The notes below the pieces were generated by a model. It ran no database searches, was not told the origin of the DNA, and saw nothing but the letters and a program-made list of their open reading frames with translations. This document shows, piece after piece, positions 1 through 12,883 of a stretch of 64,000 nt of DNA (positions are counted from its first letter, which is position 1; the number at the start of each line of letters is the position of its first letter). The stretch comes from Tubulanus polymorphus. Its lineage: Eukaryota; Animalia; Nemertea. The position numbers and the translations under genes were made by a program. Where the stretch lies: NCBI RefSeq assembly GCF_964204645.1, contig NC_134032.1:248001-312000 (forward strand), written 5' to 3'.

Positions 1-960
1 GAAATGGATTAGAATACCAATTACTGGATACAGATGTCACCATCTGTGGGTACTAGAAAACATCTCTTAAAGTTTATTAATTGACGATGAAGTTAATTTG
101 ATAATACGAATATGGTTTAGCCGACAGTCAAAATGTATATAGGGCAATATTACTAACTGTATGATGGGCCTGGGTTTCAATAAAAGCCTACTGGCGCCTG
201 GGTTTCAAAGAGAAAGAGATACATCAAGAATTAACGAAAATAAGTAGAATAACGATTTGATAAGATTTTATTATGCATTACTAAATATGTTGTAACTCTG
301 GTATTCCTGAAGATGACTATAGATGCTTTAATCGAATTGCTGTTAAACTATAATAATCAACCATTGCTTAGATATCTAGAATATAGATGAATAACAGTTG
401 AATTTCATATAAATATCATTTAATAATTGACTATTATCAAAATCTACGTATCGGTCCACATTGACGATCCTATATGTGAATTGACACGTTAATTATGATC
501 AGTGATATTCGAAAGGATTTTCTGCTCACAAGATTCTGCTCTTTTTTTTAGCTAAACTACTAATCGACTAGTCATGAAATTTACAAATTGATCTTCAACC
601 TTGTAATATAGATATCCATAATCTCGATGTATTAAAATAGGCAGAAAAAAAGTAAACCCCAATCAGTCGCTTTCGGACTGGTTGGAAGATTGTTTGAATG
701 AACTGGAACAAAATTTCGCAATTGCGTGGATTTAAAGAAAGAAAATTATGTAAACTCGATCGCCGATCACGCAACTATATCTGTACTTCGATTTCCGATT
801 TTGAAAAAAAACTGCATGTTTTGCTCCCGGCAGGTGTGGTGGGTTTGTAAGGGACACCAACTCAATTTACCAATCGCCCACAGAAATCAAACCAACTCGG
901 ATGATCATCACCGATACTCAACCCAGCAATCTTGAAATGTAAGTTTATTTTTATGGTAAT

Positions 961-3900
961 TATTATGATTAATTCTAAATGAAATATTTTTTCATTACAG
1001 GATATCTTTTATTGCAGCTAAATTTCAGCTATCAAAAAGAACCCAGCTTGAGATCAACTACTCGCCCAAAATCGACCAACTGGAACAGGGCACAGATGAG
1101 GCCAACTAACTAACCAACTAATAGGATAATCGCCGATAACGAACCCAACAATCATAAAAGGTAACTTGATATACGTGAAATTATTACGATTAATTCTTAT
1201 TGAAATATTTGGTCATTACAAGATATCTTCCTTTAATTATTGCAGCTAAATTTCTACTATGCAAAAAAACCCAGTTTGAGATCAACTACTCGTCCAAAAT
1301 CGACCAACTGGAACAGCAAACGGATGAGGCCAACAGAATCGAAGACATTAACCCACCAACTTTAGATGATCCACACCGATAATGAACCAAGCAATCATAA
1401 AAGGTAACTTGATATACATGAAATTATTATGATCAATTCTTATTGAAATATTTTGTCATTTTAGGATATCTTCTTTTAATCATTGCAGCCAAATTTCAAC
1501 TATGCGAAAAAACCCAGTTTGAGAACATCTACTCGTCAAAAATCTACCAACTTGAACAGCGCACGAGGCCAACAGAATCAAACTCATTAACCAATAAACT
1601 AATAAGATAATCGCCGATAATGAAACCAGCAATCATAAAAGGAAACTTGATATACATGAAATTATTACGATCAATTCTTATTGAAATATTTTGTCATTTT
1701 AGGATATCTTCTTTTAATCATTGCAGCCAAATTTCTACTATGCATAAAAACCCAGTTTGAGATCAACTACTCGTCAAAAATCGACCAACTTGAACAGCGC
1801 ACAGCTAACTAGGATCCAACTCATTAACCAATCAACTAATAAGATAATCGCAGATTATGAAACCAGCAATCATAAAAGGTAACTTGATATACATGAAATT
1901 ATTACCATTAATTCTTATTGAAATATTTTGTCATTACAGGATATCTTCTTTTAATTATTGCAGCTAAATATCAACTATAAGAAGAAACCCAGCTTGAGAT
2001 CAACTACTCGTCAAAAATCGACCAACTGGAACAGCGAACGGATGAGGCCAACAGAATCGAAGACATTAACCAATCAACTAATACGATAATCACCAATAAC
2101 GAAACCAGCAATCATAAAAGGAAACTTGATATACATGAAATTATTACGATCAATTCTTATTGAAATATTTTGTCATTTTAGGATATCTTCTTTTAATCAT
2201 TGCAGCCAAATTTCAACTATGCGAAAAAACCCAGTTTGAGAACATCTACTCGTCAAAAATCTACCAACTTGAACAGCGCACGAGGCCAACAGAATCAAAC
2301 TCATTAACCAATAAACTAATAAGATAATCGCCGATAATGAAACCAGCAATCTTAAAAGGAAACTTGATATACATGAAATTATTACGATCAATTCTTATTG
2401 AAATATTTTGTCATTTTAGGATATCTTCTTTTAATCATTGCAGCCAAATTTCAACTATGCGAAAAAACCCAGTTTGAGAACATCTACTCGTCAAAAATCT
2501 ACCAACTTGAACAGCGCACGAGGCCAACAGAATCAAACTCATTAACCAATAAACTAATAAGATAATCGCCGATAATGAAACCAGCAATCTTAAAAGGAAA
2601 CTTGATATACATGAAATTATTACGATCAATTCTTATTGAAATATTTTGTCATTTTAGGATATCTTCTTTTAATCATTGCAGCCAAATTTCAACTATGCGA
2701 AAAAACCCAGTTTGAGAACATCTACTCGTCAAAAATCTACCAACTTGAACAGCGCACGAGGCCAACAGAATCAAACTCATTAACCAATAAACTAATAAGA
2801 TAATCGCCGATAATGAAACCAGCAATCTTAAAAGGAAACTTGATATACATGAAATTATTACGATCAATTCTTATTGAAATATTTTGTCATTTTAGGATAT
2901 CTTCTTTTAATCATTGCAGCCAAATTTCAACTATGCGAAAAAACCCAGTTTGAGAACATCTACTCGTCAAAAATCTACCAACTTGAACAGCGCACGAGGC
3001 CAACAGAATCAAACTCATTAACCAATAAACTAATAAGATAATCGCCGATAATGAAACCAGCAATCATAAAAGGAAACTTGATATACATGAAATTATTACG
3101 ATCAATTCTTATTGAAATATTTTGTCATTTTAGGATATCTTCTTTTAATCATTGCAGCCAAATTTCAACTATGCGAAAAAACCCAGTTTGAGAACATCTA
3201 CTCGTCAAAAATCTACCAACTTGAACAGCGCACGAGGCCAACAGAATCAAACTCATTAACCAATAAACTAATAAGATAATCGCCGATAATGAAACCAGCA
3301 ATCATAAAAGGTAACTTGATATACGTGAAATTATTACGATTAATTCTTATTGAAATATTTGGTCATTACAAGATATCTTCCTTTAATTATTGCAGCTAAA
3401 TTTCTACTATGCAAAAAACCCAGTTTGAGATCAACTACTCGTCCAAAATCGACCAACTGGAACAGCAAACGGATGAGGCCAACAGAATCGAAGACATTAA
3501 CCCACCAACTTTAGATGATCCACACCAATAACGAAACCAGCAATCATAAGAGGTAACGATATACATGAAATTATTACGATCAATTCTTATTGAAATATTT
3601 TGTCATTTTAGGATATCTTCTTTTAATCATTGCAGCCAAATTTCAACTATGCGAAAAAACCCAGTTTGAGAACATCTACTCGTCAAAAATCTACCAACTT
3701 GAACAGCGCACGAGGCCAACAGAATCAAACTCATTAACCAATAAACTAATAAGATAATCGCCGATAATGAAACCAGCAATCATAAAAGGAAACTTGATAT
3801 ACATGAAATTATTACGATCAATTCTTATTGAAATATTTTGTCATTTTAGGATATCTTCTTTTAATCATTGCAGCCAAATTTCTACTATGCGAAAAAACCC

Positions 3901-6900
3901 AGTTTGAGAACATCTACTCGTCAAAAATCTACCAACTTGAACAGCGCACGAGGCCAACAGAATCAAACTCATTAACCAATAAACTAATAAGATAATCGCC
4001 GATAATGAAACCAGCAATCATAAAAGGAAACTTGATATACATGAAATTATTACGATCAATTCTTATTGAAATATTTTGTCATTTTAGGATATCTTCTTTT
4101 AATCATTGCAGCCAAATTTCTACTATGCAAAAAAACCCAGTTCGAGATCAACTACTCGTCAAAAATCGACCAACTTGAACAGCGCACAGCTAACTAGGAT
4201 CCAACTCATTAACCAATCAACTAATAAGATAATCGCAGATTATGAAACCAGCAATCATAAAAGGTAACTTGATATACATGAAATTATTACCATTAATTCT
4301 TATTGAAATATTTTGTCATTACAGGATATCTTCTTTTAATTATTGCAGCTAAATATCAACTATAAGAAGAAACCCAGCTTGAGATCAACTACTCGTCCAA
4401 AATCGACCAACTGGAACAGCGAACGGATGAGGCCAACAGAATCGAAGACATTAACCAATCAACTAATACGATAATCACCAATAATGAAACCAGCAATCAT
4501 AAAAGGAAACTTGATATACATGAAATTATTACGATCAATTCTTATTGAAATATTTTGTCATTTTAGGATATCTTCTTTTAATCATTGCAGCCAAATTTCA
4601 ACTATGCGAAAAAACCCAGTTTGAGAACATCTACTCGTCAAAAATCTACCAACTTGAACAGCGCACGAGGCCAACAGAATCAAACTCATTAACCAATAAA
4701 CTAATAAGATAATCGCCGATAATGAAACCAGCAATCTTAAAAGGAAACTTGATATACATGAAATTATTACGATCAATTCTTATTGAAATATTTTGTCATT
4801 TTAGGATATCTTCTTTTAATAATTGCAGCCAAATTTCAACTATGCGAAAAAACCCAGTTTGAGAACATCTACTCGTCAAAAATCTACCAACTTGAACAGC
4901 GCACGAGGCCAACAGAATCAAACTCATTAACCAATAAACTAATAAGATAATCGCCGATAATGAAACCAGCAATCTTAAAAGGAAACTTGATATACATGAA
5001 ATTATTACGATCAATTCTTATTGAAATATTTTGTCATTTTAGGATATCTTCTTTTAATCATTGCAGCCAAATTTCAACTATGCGAAAAAACCCAGTTTGA
5101 GAACATCTACTCGTCAAAAATCTACCAACTTGAACAGCGCACGAGGCCAACAGAATCAAACTCATTAACCAATAAACTAATAAGATAATCGCCGATAATG
5201 AAACCAGCAATCTTAAAAGGAAACTTGATATACATGAAATTATTTCGATCAATTCTTATTGAAATATTTTGTCATTTTAGGATATCTTCTTTTAATCATT
5301 GCAGCCAAATTTCAACTATGCAAAAAAACCCAGCTTGAGAACATCTACTCGTCAAAAATCGACCAACTTGAACAGCGCACAGCTAACTAGGATCCAACTC
5401 ATTAACCAATCAACTAATAAGATAATCGCAGATTATGAAACCAGCAATCATAAAAGGAAACTTGATATACATGAAATTATTACCATTAATTCTTATTGAA
5501 ATATTTTGTCATTACAGGATATCTTCTTTTAATTATTGCAGCTAAATATCAACTATAAGAAGAAACCCAGCTTGAGATCAACTACTCGTCCAAAATCTAC
5601 CAACTTGAACAGCGCACGAGGCCTACAGAATCGAACTCATTAACCAATCAACTAATACGATAATCACCAATAACGAAACCAGCAATCATAAAAGGTAACT
5701 TGATATACATGAAATTATTACGATCAATTCTTATTGAAATATTTTGTCATTTTAGGATATCTTCTTTTAATCATTGCAGCCAAATTTCAACTATGCGAAA
5801 AAACCCAGTTTGAGAACATCTACTCGTCAAAAATCTACCAACTTGAACAGCGCACAAGGCCAACAGAATCAAACTCATTAACCAATAAACTAATAAGATA
5901 ATCGCCGATAATGAAACCAGCAATCTTAAAAGGAAACTTGATATACATGAAATTATTACCATTAATTCTTATTGAAATATTTTGTCATTGCAGGATATCT
6001 TCTTTTAATCATTGCAGCCAAATATCAACTATAAGAAGAAACCCAGTTTGAGAACATCTACTCGTCAAAAATCTACCAACTTGAACAGCGCACGAGGCCA
6101 ACAGAATCAAACTCATTAACCAATAAACTAATAAGATAATCGCCGATAATGAAACCAGCAATCTTAAAAGGAAACTTGATATACATGAAATTATTACCAT
6201 TAATTCTTATTGAAATATTTTGTCATTGCAGGATATCTTCTTTTAATCATTGCAGCCAAATATCAACTATAAGAAGAAACCCAGTTTGAGAACATCTACT
6301 CGTCAAAAATCTACCAACTTGAACAGCGCACGAGGCCAACAGAATCAAACTCATTAACCAATAAACTAATAAGATAATCGCCGATAATGAAACCAGCAAT
6401 CTTAAAAGGAAACTTGATATACATGAAATTATTACCATTAATTCTTATTGAAATATTTTGTCATTACAGGATATCTTCTTTTAATTATTGCAGCTAAATA
6501 TCAACTATGCGAAAAAACCCAGTTTGAGAACATCTACTCGTCAAAAATCTACCAACTGGAACAGCGAACGGATGAGGCCAACTAACTAACCAACTAATAG
6601 GATAATCGCCGATAACGAACCCAACAATCATAAAAGGTAACTTGATATACGTGAAATTATTTCGATTAATTCTTATTGAAATATTTTGTCATTACAGGAT
6701 ATCTTCTTCTAATCATTGCAGCTAAATATCAACTATAAGAAGAAACCCAGCTTGAGATCAACTACTCGTCCAAAATCGACCAACTGGAACAGGGCACAGA
6801 TGAGGCCAACTAACTAACCAACTAATAGGATAATCACCATTAACGAAACCAGCAATCATAAAAGGTAACTTGATATACATGAAATTATTACGATCAATTC

Positions 6901-7476
6901 TTATTGAAATATTTTGTCATTTTAGGATATCTTCTTTTAATCATTGCAGCCAAATTTCTACTATGCGAAAAAACCCAGTTTGAGATCAACTACTCGTCAA
7001 AAATCGACCAACTTGAACAGCGCACAGCTAACTAGGATCCAACTCATTAACCAATCAACTAATAAGATAATCGCAGATTGTGAAACCAGCAATCTTAAAA
7101 GGTAACTTGATATACATGAAATTATTACCATTAATTCTTATTGAAATATTTTGTCATTACAGGATATCTTCTTTTAATCATTGCAGCTAAATATCAACTA
7201 TAAGAAGAAACCCAGCTTGAGATCAACTACTCGTCCAAAATCGACCAACTGGAACAGCGAACGGATGAGGCCAACAGAATCGAAGACATTAACCCACCAA
7301 CTTCAGATGATCCACACCGATAACGAACCAAGCAATCATAAAAGGTACACAACTTGATATACATGAAATTATTACGATTAATTCTTATTGAAATTGTCAT
7401 TACAGGAAATCTTCTTTTAATCATTGCAGCTAAATTTCAACTATAAGAAAAAACCCAGCTTGAGATCAACTACTCA
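961..7476 (+). repeat. Tandem array of 28 units of ~238 bp with several subtypes; each unit looks like a ~62-nt intron plus a ~176-nt exon
   Basis: cattttag/cattacag|GATATC recurs every 221-243 bp from 1001 to 7406; the repeated 64-aa minus-strand ORFs are by-products. Confidence 0.97.
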
Positions 7477-10400
7477 TCAGAAAATCTACAAGTAGATGAA
7501 TACTGATTGACCCATTTGCTGATGAAAACTGCAGAAGCCCAGATTAGAAGTTGAGGGGCCAGCAACGGATTAATCACTCAACGATGGATTCTTCTACAAA
7601 CGGTGGTTGATTTCTATAAAACATTTTATCAGGGGCAGCAGAGACAATAGTGAATCTTATAAACACTGATTCGAGCGACAAAGCTAATGGATTATCTCAT
7701 AAACACCGATATAGGATAAGCACTGTTTTAAAAGCAGCAGAGACAATAGTGTATCTTATTAGGAGCAGCATAAACAATAGTGCATGTTAGATCCAGGAGC
7801 GGCAAAGACAATAGCGGATTTCTGTCGTAAAGTATTGATTTTGTTGCTTATCACCCTTTTTCAAACCAGTCTGATTATAGTGTTTGCAAGGAAGTTGATA
7901 ATGTTTTATGCAATGTGAGAGTCTAATAAAAGCTAAGCTCCATTAATTCACGATTTTGGTCTTCGATCCTTGGTCAATAGATAAGTCAAGTTAGGTTAGT
8001 CACTAGGGGTAAATGGTCGCGTCGAGCGCCTAGTTTGGACTCGTAGGTCTGTTGAGTTAACTCCTAAACTGAGATATAGTTTCAACATGAATTGTGAGTT
8101 TAATCTTCAAACTTACCATAGTTAAACATAGTCAACTGTGGCTATTTTTCGGTGTAGATATCACATAGTTTGGAAACAGAACATAACGTTAGACCAGTGT
8201 TGATGTTCAAATATTAACTATGTGCTGAATTGTAGATGTACTAATTTAATGGCATTGATATTTTCGGAAGGCCCATGTAACCAATTTGACAAATTTGAAA
8301 TTGTAGATTTCGATTTTCACATTGACCTTTAAGCCTCCATCAATCTGTTTGATGATCATAGCTACGTTTTTGAAAAAAGCTTTAAAAGGAGACCATTATT
8401 TACATTTGAGAGGTAAAGCTAGGAATAACGAAGCATAAAGTTATAGCTAGGACTAATTTTGAACGTTTTAACATTGTTTATAGCTGTTTGAACTTCTTTT
8501 ATTGTAATTGGGAAATCCATATTACGAGATGGCTCTCGTGAATAATCACTTAGCTTCAAATCAGGTGTATAATGATTATTAAGGAGTGGCAGTGAATCAG
8601 TAGCGCTTTCTTAAAATGAGCCCAGAACTTTACAGTGAAAAAATGCCTGCAGTTGTAAATAGAGGAGTATAAATAATACATAACTACAAACTACAAGTAC
8701 ATAAATTAATTCTAAAAAATAAAAAAAACCCAATAAATAATAAATAGAATAAACAAAAATACAAACAATCAATAGATAAATAGTCTATTTACATGAAAAG
8801 GCATTTTTTCAAATATTTATCAACAAGGTTCTTCATCGAACAACCTTCCCTAAGTATAGTGAAAACCCGAGATCTTTTCTATTGTTATTCAAAGCATTCT
8901 ATCAACTCAGTTATTGTAATGAACAAAACAAATAACCATAAACCTTAACTAAATCGAACACACTTAAAAATATAACTGATATGATAGAATGCTTTCAATA
9001 ACTGTGATGAAAGATCGACCCGTCCTTTCAACTAGCCGCGCTCAATCACTGCTGTGACTGTTTATTGTTATACTGGGGTAACTGTCTAAAATCTGGTAAA
9101 TACTTTTTACTTTTTAGAAAGAATGTCAAACAGCTATAAACTTAGTTATTGATGTTATTGATTAGTTACCGATTGTATAATTACGTTGATCTTTTCAAAG
9201 CTGGAAGAAAAAACGTCAGAATAGTTAGAATGTAATGTCAAGGTGTTAGGTAATCTTTAAGTCAGGGCAAAGTTGGCAAAATTCTAGTTTTCTAGTGAAA
9301 GTAATGTTAATTAACATGAAATTAAGACTGATTAATTGATACTAAGATTTCCAGAGTGAATCTGTATGTTCCATCTCTAGTTTTAATGCTTTTATGTTGG
9401 AGACTGTTATTGTAACACAGTTTGCGTGTTTGGAAATTAGGAACTTGCTTAATGATTCCTCGATTAAGATATTATTGTTGTGTGAATAAAACGATGTTTT
9501 ATGGATAAAAGTTTACAATTCTTTGTGTATTTTTGTTATTTTCCTATTGATGCAAATTGTATAAATCAGCTGTAGTGGAAATGTATCATATATAAAGACT
9601 TATTAATACATTACATGTAACTTTTGTGGTTTTAAAGTTAGTACAATTTCATACATAGTACATTTTTAATAGAAATAAAATTACTATTAAAATTTGAGAA
9701 AATTAGCTAAAAGTTAATAATATGATATGTGAAATAAAATGATGTAAAAATGTAAATCAGATTGATTACTTAATCCTACGCTTTCCAGAGTATTTGGCCA
9801 GGTTTATCTCTGGTTTTAGTGCGGGGGCCATGGACTATCGAGTCAATGTTTGGGCCATAGACTTTTTTGTTTTAGAGTTTATGTTGGACCATGGGCGTCT
9901 TGTTTATAGTTTATACGCCTATGGTGGTTGGACTAGTTGTTTTTGAAAGTCCACGTGTTTGAGGAGCTTACATAATAATTCCTCGAGCACTCCTGGCATT
10001 TTGTATAATTGTTGTATGAGAATAAATGATTTATTTTGAAATTTGTTAAGTTTTATATAGCAACTCCTGGATAAAGGCCTAAATCGATTTAAGATAAACT
10101 GAATTAGTGAAGAAATTAAATCGATTTAAGTGTTAAACCTTTTTTATCAAACTGGGCGGTGATTGCTGTTGGCCAATCAGTTTCACCCATGGATCTCAAT
10201 GGAGTTGTAGGTAGTGTAAAAAAGATAATCTGTAAATCCAGTGTCCGTTAATCAACAGTTATTATACTACCTACAACACTGATTCGAGCCCCTGTGTTTT
10301 ATTCTTGCAATGTACTTTTAATTTTCAACCCAGGGATCCCACCAACTGGTCCGCTGGCAAACTTTTCACATTCGGAAGACATAATTATGTGATTATATGA

Positions 10401-10559
10401 TTTAATGGCAAATCCAATGGCCCTTGAGGAATACCATAACCTAGAAGTAGCCATTCAGGCATTTATGACTCTTTTCTGGGGTTGAGCGTCGAGGTTTACG
10501 GGCTCTTTAAGCTCGGTTCAAAAAGGCGCTCCCAAAGCATAAATCCACAACCGTGATTT

Positions 10560-10732
10560 AGACACCGCTTCAGCCGCAGTTTAGTGTAGCGCGGTTACGA
10601 ATCAACCCGGTAGTGTTGACGTGGAGTAGGAAGTGATTCGTGATTTTGGGATTTTTTTTTCTATTTTTGCGGTATTTTCGTGTATTTCGAGGCGGTAAAC
10701 TTGCTTCGTTTAAGTCTGGATACATTTTACAG
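10560..10732 (+). promoter_or_regulatory. Probable VPS13B promoter and non-coding first exon
   Basis: Local CpG-rich patch in AT-rich DNA; ETS-like GGAAGTG at 10629; donor CAG|gtaaaa at 10733; acceptor candidates at 11861 and 11917 upstream of the ATG. Confidence 0.45.
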
Positions 10733-11519
10733 GTAAAAATAAGTAAGAAGGATGCATTTTCTGTAAATATTTGAGCATCGAGCAAGTATGACGGGGTGAC
10801 GGCTGCCTTAAAGCCTATTTTTCCATGCATGGTTAAACTCTTCGCCTTCATTTTCTTGTCTCAGTCTTTTGACGACGTTACACTCAAACATCACGTGTCT
10901 GATGTCCCAAACACGTAGTAAGACTAATTGTAGTTGATTTTCAAAACGAACTTTTCAATAATGGAACAATGTTAATGTAGACCTTACCAAGTTTTGAAAG
11001 GGAAAGGGGGTTTCGTTGCCAATTCAAGGGTAACTTTTAACTTAATGCTTTGGCCCCAAATCTACAGTACGATTTCAATATGAAATAAAATTGGAGTTGA
11101 TTTTCTTTCCAGTTTCATTGACAACATTTAATGTGTTCCTTATTAAGTCACTAACAATTTGAGAGTGAAAAAAAAGAGAAAAGGAATTATGTAAAAAAGC
11201 TAGACAATTTCAGGGCATATGAAGTCAGGAAAACAACTTTCAAATAAGAGTGGCCACCTTGATGAATTCAGTTGTTGGTCATTTGTTGTTCGATGATTAA
11301 ATCTTTTAACCACAATCAATTGATATCAAGTAATTGTGACTTGGATCTCATGGACCTCGTTTATTTAATACATTGCCAGTGGGCGTGAGAACAGTTGAAA
11401 ACATCGAGACCAAACTTGGCTAGATAAAAGGGATGGTGAACGAGTTTTCGCAATAGCAATTTACTAAAGACTTTTATTGGTTCTCGGGCTTCTGACACAA
11501 GATTGTCAATCCATAGGTC

Positions 11520-11675
11520 TGTCTGTATGTCTATGCATCAGTCTTGTGTGTCTTTCTGCATGTCTGTGTGTCTGTCTGTCTGTCTGTCAGTCTGTCTGTC
11601 GTCTGTCTGTCTGTCTGTCTGTCTGTCGTCTATCTGTCTGTCTATCTGTCTGTCGTCTATCTGTCTGTCTGTCTC
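11520..11675. repeat. (TCTG)n microsatellite
   Basis: Direct observation. Confidence 0.95.
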
Positions 11676-11952
11676 TTAGCCTTGTTAGTAGTGGGTCGAT
11701 CTTGATGAAACTTTGGTGCATTGTCAGTACGGGGGTCTAGTTATGCAGTGTATAGAGTTGGCCCAGTTCGCCACCTAGTGGCAGAACTAGGCACTAAGAA
11801 CTCAATTTTTCAGCCATATGACCTTGGAGATTATTTGATAATTTTAACCATTTTCTCCTAGGGTTTGATTGCACAACATCTGATGAGACGGTGATAAATA
11901 ACGAGACAATTTTCAGCAATTTGACGTAAATATATCGCTGATCGGCGTCAAC

Positions 11953-12883
11953 ATGTTCAAACTGGAATCGTATATAACTCCGTTATTGATGGGCTACATC
12001 GACAAATACGTGAAACTGCGGCCGGAGGATATGCAGCTGTCTCTGTGGGGCGACATCGTACTGACGAATCTCGACCTGCGCCTGGACGCGATCGAACACG
12101 CCATCAACCTGCCGATCACGTTCAAGAGTGGTCACATCCACGAGCTGCGCCTTCACGTACCGTGGACGTCGCTCGGCTCGGAGCCGGTCGTCATAACGAT
12201 CAACACGATCGAATGCGTGTTGAAACTGCGCGACGATTCGGACTCGTCCGCCGGCGTCGACGAAAGTCCGGCGTCCGCCGTTTCCTCGTCGCCGAAATCG
12301 ACGAAGAAAAGACAGTCGGACGAAGTCCCGCCCGGTTATATCCAGAGTTTAGTGAATCGCGTCGTGAACAATTTCGGCGTCGTCGTTAACAACTTGATTT
12401 TGAAGTTCGTCGAGGAGGATGTGGTTTTATCGGTGAATGTGAAATCAGCCGAGTGTTACAGCGCGGACGCCGCGTGGAGTCGCACGTTCGTCGAGATCGC
12501 GCGACCCGACATGATCCTGCGCAAGGCGTTGAACTTCTGCGACTTGACCGTCTGCCTCGACCGTCGCGGCGCCAGCGGTAAGATCGACGCGTACCAGGAC
12601 CCGATGCTGTATCGATGTTCGTTGTCGTGTCGCATGCACCTGCGTTACGATACGCCCCACTCGAAGACGCCGGCCGTCACGCGATTCGACGTCAGCTGCG
12701 ACCGATTCGACGTGTCGCTCACCGACACGCAGGTGCCGATGTTCTTTCGTCTGGTCGAGCTGTGGACGGCGATTTACTACGGCGCGCTAGGTGGCGCCGC
12801 AGTCGGCGAACCGGAGCGCAAGAAGACGTACGCGAAAACGCAACAGGCTTCGGACAGCGCCGTCAACTCTAAAACAACGGAAG
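11953..12883 (+). CDS. VPS13B: VPS13B coding exon 1 (chorein-N domain)
   Basis: ATG at 11953; donor AAG|gtaata, phase 1. Confidence 0.95.

Noticed and set aside
2197-6438. Repeated 63-72-aa hydrophobic minus-strand ORFs (MIVIISC...)
   Set aside because: They are by-products of the 238-bp repeat: non-ATG or inconsistent starts, present only in some units, and splice signals point to the + strand
961-7476. CRISPR-like appearance of the tandem arrays
   Set aside because: Eukaryotic context, no unique spacers and no cas genes
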